Virus record (IMG/VR): IMGVR_UViG_3300032318_001123
Coordinates: 2,489 to 66,488 of that record
Length of the DNA stretch: 64,000 nt
Strand: one strand, 5' to 3'
Source of the DNA: a virus
Taxonomy: Duplodnaviria; Caudoviricetes
Shown here: positions 56,998 through 64,000 of the stretch, one piece after another
Position numbering within the stretch: the stretch's first letter is position 1
How the letters are laid out: each line of letters begins with the position of its first letter
Made by a program: the position numbers and the translations under genes
Notes under the pieces: model-generated
The model's input: only the letters and a program-made list of their open reading frames with translations
What the model was told of the DNA's origin: nothing
Database searches by the model: none

Positions 56998-57088
56998 CGT
57001 CCTTGGGTTTTTCCTTTCGGGGTTTCTTACGTTTAATTTTTACTTCGCGAGGATACTCGTCTTCCTTGTACGGGTCAAACTTTGGCAT
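56969..57088 (-). CDS. 39-aa Lys-rich micro-protein
   Basis: MPKFDPYKEDEYPREVKIKRKKPRK...; fills the gap; not in track. Confidence 0.4.
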   Translation of the reverse strand: MPKFDPYKEDEYPREVKIKRKKPRKEKPKDDEKPSHRPR

Positions 57089-57089
57089 A

Positions 57090-57272
57090 CTAAAAATCCA
57101 CTTTTCCTTTCAGCATGATGCTTTTGATAGGCTTTTTCAGTGAACCTCCAAGTTTGATATCAAGTTTAATAGATGCCAGAAGACGAATCCACCAAGGACG
57201 CTTATCAAGGTGGTCATGGACAGGGTGCGGACGTGTGTTAAATATCGCATCCAGTCTGTCCTTCTCAGTCAT
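57090..57272 (-). CDS. Hypothetical protein
   Basis: Overlap-coupled; amphipathic PWWIRLLASI. Confidence 0.6.
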   Translation of the reverse strand: MTEKDRLDAIFNTRPHPVHDHLDKRPWWIRLLASIKLDIKLGGSLKKPIKSIMLKGKVDF

Positions 57273-57579
57273 TAACGGCTGGGATAGCCTTGCGCACTTC
57301 GGTGTAAGTCACGGGGCCGGGGATACCGTCCTGCGTAGCATTAACCAGAGCTTGGATCTTTTTAATCCCGTCAGTTTGGACGGTGTTGGTCAAGTAGTTC
57401 ACAGCGGCCATGATGCAGCTAACGACAAATCCGGTAACTGCTACCTGATCTACTTGGCTGGCTAGGCTAGAATCATACGAAGCGAGCTTGGCAATAGCGG
57501 CACCGACTGCCGTAGCAATAATAGGGGTCAAGATGCCCCCGGCTCGGGATACCAAGAATTTAAGTAGCGTATTTTTCAT
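57265..57579 (-). CDS. Two-TM membrane protein, holin-like
   Basis: Two hydrophobic segments; lysis-like cluster. Confidence 0.5.
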   Translation of the reverse strand: MKNTLLKFLVSRAGGILTPIIATAVGAAIAKLASYDSSLASQVDQVAVTGFVVSCIMAAVNYLTNTVQTDGIKKIQALVNATQDGIPGPVTYTEVRKAIPAVND

Positions 57580-57863
57580 TATTCCTCCAGTTTCAGTCTT
57601 TGCACAGCCGACTCAACGGTGAGACGGATAAGGCTCTCGGTTGCATTGATACCAAGTTCCGAAGCGGCCATGGTGAGATTTTTGATAGCCATATCGCGTT
57701 TCTGGGCTCCGGTTTTATCCAGATCGGACAAGCCTCGAACAATCTCAAGGGCGTACGGCAAAAGAGCGGCCATACCGGATGCGAATAACTGCTTGAGGAT
57801 TGGGAGGTAGAAGTTAAGCAACGCTGTGCTAATTCCTGTTAGTTTGGCTAGTAGTGTTTTCAT
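57579..57863 (-). CDS. Holin-like protein (LL-H-like)
   Basis: Hydrophobic N-half; KTG.QK...A ... LI...VE.AV..LK. Confidence 0.5.
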   Translation of the reverse strand: MKTLLAKLTGISTALLNFYLPILKQLFASGMAALLPYALEIVRGLSDLDKTGAQKRDMAIKNLTMAASELGINATESLIRLTVESAVQRLKLEE

Positions 57864-57865
57864 GG

Positions 57866-58078
57866 TTATTGGCTAAATACGTTTTTAAAGCTTGTAAGAA
57901 CTATGGTTACAACGGCACCCACCGCTGCCGAGAACCCGACTACATGGGATCGGTAGTTCTCCAAATTCTTGATCCTCTCATCGTGTTTTTCGAACAAAGA
58001 GCGAAACGAAGACTGGTTGTCCAAGACTATGTCTAGCTTGGTCTCCAGTCTTACTAGTCTCTCGATGTCTTCGTTCAT
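57866..58078 (-). CDS. Coiled coil + C-terminal TM protein (XhlA/holin-like)
   Basis: ERLVRLETKLD ... VVGFSAAVGAVVTIVL. Confidence 0.55.
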   Translation of the reverse strand: MNEDIERLVRLETKLDIVLDNQSSFRSLFEKHDERIKNLENYRSHVVGFSAAVGAVVTIVLTSFKNVFSQ

Positions 58079-58112
58079 TCTATTTAGAAGTTAAGTTTTA
58101 GTAACCCGTAAG

Positions 58113-58532
58113 TCAATTCTGAACAGCCTCTTCAAGAAGTGGTGTCTCTTCTGGAAGCGGAGTCAGCACCACACTATTGCCATTCCACGAGAATTCACGG
58201 GATGGGTTAATAATGGCGCGAGGGCCAGAGTCTTTTGCGGCATCCAGCGATTGATTCAGTGCCGTTGCAGTTGCGGCTTGGAGCGCGATCAAACCTGTTA
58301 CAGCTTCGGGGCCGAGATGGTTAAGCACTGCGGTGAGACGATCATCTGGCAAACTCCATACAGCGGCGTGTGCAGCGTTGAGGCTCTGCACAAGCAGTTG
58401 GCCATAGTAGGTGGTTCCGTTGGCTGCGCGGCTGATGTTCGACAAGTCTTGCTCAAGCTGCGTCTGTGGGACAAGTTGTGCGTTGACGGTTGGCGCGAGG
58501 GCCACGATTGCGAGGAGGATTAGTTTTTTCAT
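58113..58532 (-). CDS. Helical protein with apparent Sec signal peptide
   Basis: MKKLILLAIVALAPTVNA|Q; start adjusted to 58532, 5 nt after the fibre stop. Confidence 0.7.
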   Translation of the reverse strand: MKKLILLAIVALAPTVNAQLVPQTQLEQDLSNISRAANGTTYYGQLLVQSLNAAHAAVWSLPDDRLTAVLNHLGPEAVTGLIALQAATATALNQSLDAAKDSGPRAIINPSREFSWNGNSVVLTPLPEETPLLEEAVQN

Positions 58533-58537
58533 AGTTG

Positions 58538-60244
58538 TTACCAGTTTGTTAGTGAAGTGCGCCGCCATACGTTGTTGGAGACGCAAATGTAGAGGAAATT
58601 GTTGGTGTCGTAGCGCATATCGCCAGCCGTGCCAGTGTCGGTTGAATTGGTCGGTGCCGTGCCTTGTAATCGGTGCTGGGCGTCTATGACGCTGTAGGCC
58701 GAATCGTCCGCGAGGCGAACTTGCAACACGGTGTTGGTGCGTTTGAGGGCTGGGAAGTTGGTGGTCGTGCCGCCGAATTGAACCACCCCAGAAAACTCTG
58801 CGTTTGAGGCTCGAAGGCTCCCCGATGCATCTGTTGAGGTTCCGTTGCCAATCGCCAATACCCCCGATGCGGAACGCGACAAGCCCAAGTCAAAAACGGG
58901 GGCATTGTTTTGCACGGTTGCTCCAGCACCCCATCCAATTACCCCAACGGAAGCGCACCACTGTTTGCCAGCCCTCCAACTAAAATATGCGTTGGCTATG
59001 GAGGGCGTACCATTGTAAATCTCAAAGTCAGCATAAGCTATTCTTGCGCCGATAGACTGCAACCCTCCAAGACTAATTCCTACAATATTGTTGTTGCCGA
59101 CATTGCCGCCTACAATGAGTTGGGTTCCAAGAGTTCCAGTCGTTACCGTTGTTTGACCGTTTGTTGCAATGGTCATCCTCGTAGTCCCATCGGTCTGAAA
59201 CTCCAGCGCCCTCGCCGTGCCGCCGCCGCTTCCCTTCTCAGTTCCAATGGTCAGCACATTGTTTGTCCAAGCAATTCTTCCACGTTCATAATTCGTGGAG
59301 TTGGAGTAGGTGTTGTAAATGTTGTAGGTCTGGGGATTTGTGCCATTGCGGGATGCGAGCGTGTTTGTGGTATCGCGCAAAAGATAAGTATCACCAGTTA
59401 CAGGCTGTGTAGTTGAGTTTCCCCAAGCCAATAGAAAGTCCGAATTAAACATTAGGTTATTTCCAAAATAACGCATTTGAGGTTCAGTCCCATCGGTAAA
59501 TGTAAGTTCTCCTGCTGTTCTCTGATAGATGCCAACGGACGATCCAGTTAATACAAATGATGGATTTGTTGCCAAACCAGCACCTAATGTTAACTTTGGA
59601 AGTGTCGCCACAAACGCACTTCCACCAGCACCATCGGCAGTGAGTATGCTGTTGGTTGTAGCCGCTCCAGAGGGAACGCTGTTGTTAGTTGCAAGGGAGC
59701 CAAGGCCGATATCTGAACGAAAGTTTGTCACATTTGTATTGGTAAGCCAGCTTGCTCCAAGCCCAAGATTTGTCCTAGTCTGATTTGGAGATCCTCCAGA
59801 TACAAAACTTATAGAGTCGCCAGCACCTAATGTTATTGGCCCACTAAAACCTCCAGTTGTTGCTATTGCACTTCCAATTTGAAGTCGTGTTCCCGTGATA
59901 TCCGCAAAGGTTACATTTTGATTTGTTCCGAGTCCGATATCTGTTCGGAAGTTTGAAGCATTGGTATTGGTAAGAGCAAGCCAGCCAAGTCCAAGGTTAG
60001 TGCGCGTTACTGCAATATTCGTCAATGCTCCCGTAAAATAAATAGCCCCCTCTACCGTCAAGTTATCTGCACCCAGATCAACAGAAGTAGCTTGACCAGT
60101 AAAAATAACAGGATTAGTAAATGTGAGCGTGTTTGACCCAGAATACGCAACTTGCCCGTTGGTTGTGTTGTAGCCAAGGGTCTTGATCGTCTGCGAATAT
60201 GCAGCCGCAGTTGTTAGCAAAATGGCAATTAGATATTTAATCAT
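58538..60244 (-). CDS. Tail-fibre-like protein with apparent Sec signal peptide
   Basis: MIKYLIAILLTTAAAYS|Q; RTNLGLG repeats; C-terminal G..GDMRYD..FLYICV..N.WRR..L..W motif typical of phage fibres. Confidence 0.75.
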   Translation of the reverse strand: MIKYLIAILLTTAAAYSQTIKTLGYNTTNGQVAYSGSNTLTFTNPVIFTGQATSVDLGADNLTVEGAIYFTGALTNIAVTRTNLGLGWLALTNTNASNFRTDIGLGTNQNVTFADITGTRLQIGSAIATTGGFSGPITLGAGDSISFVSGGSPNQTRTNLGLGASWLTNTNVTNFRSDIGLGSLATNNSVPSGAATTNSILTADGAGGSAFVATLPKLTLGAGLATNPSFVLTGSSVGIYQRTAGELTFTDGTEPQMRYFGNNLMFNSDFLLAWGNSTTQPVTGDTYLLRDTTNTLASRNGTNPQTYNIYNTYSNSTNYERGRIAWTNNVLTIGTEKGSGGGTARALEFQTDGTTRMTIATNGQTTVTTGTLGTQLIVGGNVGNNNIVGISLGGLQSIGARIAYADFEIYNGTPSIANAYFSWRAGKQWCASVGVIGWGAGATVQNNAPVFDLGLSRSASGVLAIGNGTSTDASGSLRASNAEFSGVVQFGGTTTNFPALKRTNTVLQVRLADDSAYSVIDAQHRLQGTAPTNSTDTGTAGDMRYDTNNFLYICVSNNVWRRTSLTNW

Positions 60245-61209
60245 AGCTTTGTAGATGACAGATTCCCGTCATTATCAATAGTTATACGCCAACGCGAATT
60301 ATTAGGCGATTTTAAAATAACCCCTTTTGTGGCATCAGTTACTTCATAGTCGGTAGCCTGTTGAGTGAGGGCTAGTGTGCCTATGGCGTCTGCGGGGAAA
60401 TACAACTCGCTTCCGTTGATAGAAATTTTCTTTTCTTCAGCTTCTATAACTAAGCCAAATTCGGGAATGCTGATTCCACTTGGGCCGCTAATGACTAAGT
60501 GGCCTTGACCAGTTGAGTTGAGCACCCCAGAACCTAGGCCGCTGATGCGCCCATCGTTCCCTTCGCAAGCTGTGCCTGCCGTTGTTCCATAGGTGACTCC
60601 ACCAGTTCCCCACTCGGTATCGTAGCTGGTGTTAGTCTTTTTGCGGAGTACTTGACCAGTAGTTCCGCCTGCTGGAACTCCAGCAGCAGAACTTGCCTTG
60701 CCGTCCAATGCGGTCTGGGTTGCGGTGGAGACGGGTTTATTGGCGTCTGAAGTGTTATCTGCATTGCCAAGACCCACCATGGACTTGGTAATGCCTGATA
60801 CCGTCCCAGTAAATGTGGGCGAGGCCAGATTAGCCTTTAGATTTAAAGCCGTTTGAGTAGCTGTGGATACTGGTTTGTTCGTATCAGATGTATTGTCTAC
60901 ATTGCCCAGTCCAACTGTGGATTTTGTGATCGTGGTCCATTCTGGAGCAGTGGCTCCCGTATTTACCGTGAGAAACTGACCAGCGGTTCCGATAGCAAGC
61001 CTATCTGGAACGGTGGCGTTACGGTAAAGAATATCTCCTCGATTGGTCAGGGCAGATGTCCCCGTAGGCCCTTGGATCCCTTGAATTCCTTGGATTCCCT
61101 GCGTACCTTGGTCGGAAAAAACTACATCGTAGGAGATAAGTTGTGCCGCCACTGTACCATCAACGGTCAGTGTTTCATCATATGCTATCTCGTAAACTTT
61201 AAGGTTCAC
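60241..61209 (-). CDS. Tail fibre / decoration protein
   Basis: Short collagen-like QGIQGIQG; two VGLGN.DNTSD.NKPVSTATQTAL repeats; C-terminal ILKSP...RWRI.IDN.G.L; no signal peptide. Confidence 0.75.
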   Translation of the reverse strand: MNLKVYEIAYDETLTVDGTVAAQLISYDVVFSDQGTQGIQGIQGIQGPTGTSALTNRGDILYRNATVPDRLAIGTAGQFLTVNTGATAPEWTTITKSTVGLGNVDNTSDTNKPVSTATQTALNLKANLASPTFTGTVSGITKSMVGLGNADNTSDANKPVSTATQTALDGKASSAAGVPAGGTTGQVLRKKTNTSYDTEWGTGGVTYGTTAGTACEGNDGRISGLGSGVLNSTGQGHLVISGPSGISIPEFGLVIEAEEKKISINGSELYFPADAIGTLALTQQATDYEVTDATKGVILKSPNNSRWRITIDNDGNLSSTKL

Positions 61210-61559
61210 AGGGCTTTAGTCGGTACTGACACCAGATCAAAGGTTCCTGAGACAAGGGTTGTGCGTGTCCCAGAAGCGGATTTCACTTTTATCCCGCGAT
61301 AGTATTTGCCGGGAACATTGAGTTCGCTGGCAGAAATTGGGAGGGTTACCTCGCCCGTAGTGGGGGATGTCGGAGTGAAAGATTTGTGGATAAATGCCTC
61401 ATCATCATTCCACGACAAATCTTTGGTGATGGTTACCCAAAATGTCCATCCTGTAATATCTTTAGGATTCCCATCTGCATCAGACAGACGGACTACTGCA
61501 GCCCAATCGTCGCCGACTGGATGAACTACATTATCGACGATGTAAGGGTAGTCGGCCAC
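61206..61559 (-). CDS. BppU-N-like Ig-fold adaptor
   Basis: GDD....V.L.D.DG.P.DITG ... G.VTL.I ... G.YY ... L.SG.F. Confidence 0.55.
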   Translation of the reverse strand: MADYPYIVDNVVHPVGDDWAAVVRLSDADGNPKDITGWTFWVTITKDLSWNDDEAFIHKSFTPTSPTTGEVTLPISASELNVPGKYYRGIKVKSASGTRTTLVSGTFDLVSVPTKAL

Positions 61560-61562
61560 GGA

Positions 61563-61961
61563 CTATGCCATTTTCTTTTTCGAAGCAGCGCGGCGTTCAA
61601 TTGCGGCGAGAAATCCTCCCTCAGAAGTAGGGGCCCCACCTTCTTCGGCAGACATATCCTCACCCTCCATACCCGCCTCTTCAGAACCGCCTTCGGCCTT
61701 ATCTTCGGCCATGTCATCCTGTCCGCTAACAGGCATGCCGTCGATTTCTTTGAGGTACAGTTCACCACCCTCACCAAGTTGAACGGTAGCCATGACTTCA
61801 AACGTGTCTCCGGGATTGACACCTTCGGGAACTCCCATCCCTTCCGGAGCTTTAAATTCGATCGATTCTTTTTTCATATGATTATCCTCACACCCACAAT
61901 CACACCCCTTGGCGTGCTTTCCACCCATTTTCGGTGGAGCTATTGCAATTACAAGTTCCAT
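61563..61961 (-). CDS. Acidic small protein downstream of capsid gene
   Basis: Start adjusted to MELVIAIAPP, just after the hairpin. Confidence 0.65.
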   Translation of the reverse strand: MELVIAIAPPKMGGKHAKGCDCGCEDNHMKKESIEFKAPEGMGVPEGVNPGDTFEVMATVQLGEGGELYLKEIDGMPVSGQDDMAEDKAEGGSEEAGMEGEDMSAEEGGAPTSEGGFLAAIERRAASKKKMA

Positions 61962-61964
61962 TTT

Positions 61965-62016
61965 ATTGGGTTGGGGGAGAAGAGTTGCCGCGAGGCTTCC
62001 CTTCTCCCCCACCAAT
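61965..62016 (-). terminator. Strong hairpin after major capsid gene (attenuator or stabiliser)
   Basis: GGGGGAGAAG / CTTCTCCCCC; no U-tract on the coding strand. Confidence 0.5.
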
Positions 62017-62029
62017 GTTTACTTATGGA

Positions 62030-63205
62030 TTAGGAGCAGGTCACCAGCGAAGCGGAGGCAATGCCATTGCCGCAACGGGTGTGCATGATCGCATAACCCC
62101 ACTCAGGCCGAATCGGCTTGGATCCAGCCGAGAGGACACCACGGAAGTAACCGATCGTGCCATCAGGGTTCTGATCCTTGTCGCGAATGTTAAGCCATTT
62201 GAACTCGCCGCGATAAGAGACGGGATCAAACGAGGTGCTGCCACCGGGGCTCGTGATCGGGGCCGGGATGACCGAGTGGAAGACATCCTTGTGGAACACA
62301 ATGGAGACTTCGTACTGAGCCAGTTCGTAGGCCGGGTTGACGATCCACTCGGTATTACCGCCAGAGGTCGACTTCACATACGGAGGAATCTCCGTGTAAG
62401 TACCAGCAAGGTAGGAGTACCGGGGCATGAAATCATCGATGAGATGATAAAAGCCCTTGTAGGTACGCTCAACTCCGAGAGGAGCCAACAGATCGTTAGC
62501 CTTCGTGCTGTAGCGATAATCGTCGCGATCACCCGCAATATTGTGGATGAGATCATACGAGGTCTCGCTGGAGCAGATGAGACCAAACACCGGGGTGCCG
62601 TTCTCACGTCCGAGCGGTTCGTTACCCGCACCATCACGGATGAGGCGCATACGAACTTTGTCAAGAATCGGCTGAATCAACTTCGAGGTAGGCTCGGCAG
62701 CGGGGAAGCTGCTGGTGCCAGAGGTCATCGAAGCGTTAGCCAAGATCTTGTTGTTGGACAAGCGAAGATACTCGTCACGATACCGCGTCTGCCAAGCCCA
62801 CGAAGTATTTTCCGTAAGGATACGGAAGATATTGCTGAGTTGGTCTTTACGGCGGAACGAGAAACGAAGATCGTTAACGCAAATCGCAGGCGACTCAATC
62901 GCGCTCTGCTTGAGATTGTACGAAACGAGCTTGTTGTAGAACTTGACTTGAGTGGCCGAAGGCACACAAGTTCCACCACTCGCGTTGCTGTTGAAACCAA
63001 CAGATGACCACGTCAGACGGGCATCCGAGCTTTCGGGAAGCGAACGGGAGTAGGTCATAACCGAGATATCGGTGCCCATTTCGTCGGGCCACGTATCTTG
63101 AGTAACCAATTTCAACCACGGACTCGTGTTAAGAGTCTTTTTGTAAATGTCAGGCCCGATGCGTCCGCTTTCCGCAGCCAGCCAGCTATCAATAGTATAA
63201 GCCAT
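62030..63205 (-). CDS. Major capsid protein
   Basis: 391 aa; AGGAGG RBS; strongly biased codon usage; follows scaffold-like gene; flanked by structured leader and hairpin. Confidence 0.75.
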   Translation of the reverse strand: MAYTIDSWLAAESGRIGPDIYKKTLNTSPWLKLVTQDTWPDEMGTDISVMTYSRSLPESSDARLTWSSVGFNSNASGGTCVPSATQVKFYNKLVSYNLKQSAIESPAICVNDLRFSFRRKDQLSNIFRILTENTSWAWQTRYRDEYLRLSNNKILANASMTSGTSSFPAAEPTSKLIQPILDKVRMRLIRDGAGNEPLGRENGTPVFGLICSSETSYDLIHNIAGDRDDYRYSTKANDLLAPLGVERTYKGFYHLIDDFMPRYSYLAGTYTEIPPYVKSTSGGNTEWIVNPAYELAQYEVSIVFHKDVFHSVIPAPITSPGGSTSFDPVSYRGEFKWLNIRDKDQNPDGTIGYFRGVLSAGSKPIRPEWGYAIMHTRCGNGIASASLVTCS

Positions 63206-63235
63206 AATAAATCCTCCTAGGATAATTAAGTTTGT

Positions 63236-63437
63236 GGATAGCTAATGCATTACTTCACACGAAGTATTGTCTTATCTATCCGATTCAGTTTTTAATCTCA
63301 CGTGAGCCAACGTGAGGATGTAGTGTTAGCTACATCTTTTTAGCTCTGGCTGATTTTTAGAACGGATATTAGCTCCGAGCGGGCTTTGGTAGTTTTAGTT
63401 CTATACCAACGAACAGTGGCAAACTAACAAATGCCAC
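63236..63437 (-). promoter_or_regulatory. Multi-hairpin 5' leader of capsid gene
   Basis: At least five 6-7 bp stems in 200 nt (see findings). Confidence 0.45.
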
Positions 63438-63457
63438 AAAGTAGTCAATAAGAAAAA

Positions 63458-64000
63458 TTACCCAAGGGTAAATCTTTTTTCGATAGCGTCCAAGAACCCA
63501 CCGATTTCTTGTTTCTGTGAAGACGTGTCAACGTTGCCGCTAACTTTGGGAGTAGCCTTTTTATACTTGCCCAAAGCCTTTTCTGCTTCAGCCAGTTTAC
63601 CAGCGACTTCGGCGTATTTCTTAACCAAGTGCGGTAGCGCAACTCCAGCGTACACGGCATAAGCCCGTTCCTCGGGAGCGGTATCTAACAAATCTGCTTC
63701 CTGAGCAGCCGACTGAAGTTCCTTAACGACATTTTCCCCAAGAGACTGGATGACTGGGTTACCCGCAAAGGTCTCCGTAAAGGTCGAGTTAGCAATCTTG
63801 AGAGCTTCTTCGCGATATTCTTTTTCGGCCTGAGCTTCATAAGCCTGTTGCCTCTCGTTCATTTCAGCCATGGCTTGAGCGGCGTTCTGCTTCAAGTACT
63901 CGCGGCGATTGGATACTTCAGCTAGATCATCGGCCATACGGTAGAGACGTACGCGATCCCGTTCGCTGAAGTCAGAGGCCAATTCGATAAGGGCATCTGA
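63458..64000 (-). CDS. Scaffold-like coiled-coil protein, C-terminal part (enters from right edge)
   Basis: Frame open to position 64000; Ala/Glu-rich helical; directly upstream of capsid gene. Confidence 0.6.
   Translation of the reverse strand, partial: SDALIELASDFSERDRVRLYRMADDLAEVSNRREYLKQNAAQAMAEMNERQQAYEAQAEKEYREEALKIANSTFTETFAGNPVIQSLGENVVKELQSAAQEADLLDTAPEERAYAVYAGVALPHLVKKYAEVAGKLAEAEKALGKYKKATPKVSGNVDTSSQKQEIGGFLDAIEKRFTLG

Noticed and set aside
54894-60244. N-x-S/T sequon excess as evidence of N-glycosylation
   Set aside because: Density is similar in the fibre without a signal peptide, so it does not discriminate
54894-61209. Diversity-generating retroelement acting on the fibres
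   Set aside because: No reverse transcriptase and no adenine-specific template/variable repeat pair seen
1-64000. Alternative genetic code or stop-codon reassignment
   Set aside because: Core genes are intact under the standard code and all three stops are used at coupled gene ends

Overview
The window is most of a tailed dsDNA phage genome, probably podovirus-like (no tape-measure gene, very large internal-virion proteins). It is cut inside the portal gene at the left edge and inside a scaffold-like gene at the right edge. Layout: (i) minus-strand packaging block (terL, glycosyltransferase-like gene, portal; 1-3.7 kb); (ii) plus-strand recombination/replication block (tyrosine recombinase, RuvC-like resolvase, SF2 helicase fused in frame to a Cas4-like nuclease, SSB-like protein, family A DNA polymerase, primase-helicase; 3.7-14 kb); (iii) a mostly non-coding control region (15.4-17.3 kb) with ten GGGTAGGGG repeats, palindromes and about 400 nt of densely base-paired sequence; (iv) plus-strand early/accessory genes (17.3-36.3 kb) including a DUF6878/DUF6915-like pair, an AAA+ ATPase / metallopeptidase-vWA module and a glycosyltransferase-methyltransferase-rfbC island; (v) a minus-strand virion and lysis operon (36.2-64 kb). 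The strongest unexpected signal is three proteins of the virion operon, two of them fibre-like, that begin with apparent Sec signal peptides cleaved before Gln. The two fibre-like ones are strongly enriched in Thr-Asn. Together with the glycan genes this suggests an export/glycosylation route for virion appendages. A PVC-group (Verrucomicrobia-like) host is an unverified impression only. All family names come from motif recognition by eye; no database search or folding program was run. No tRNA, rRNA, CRISPR array or reverse transcriptase was seen.
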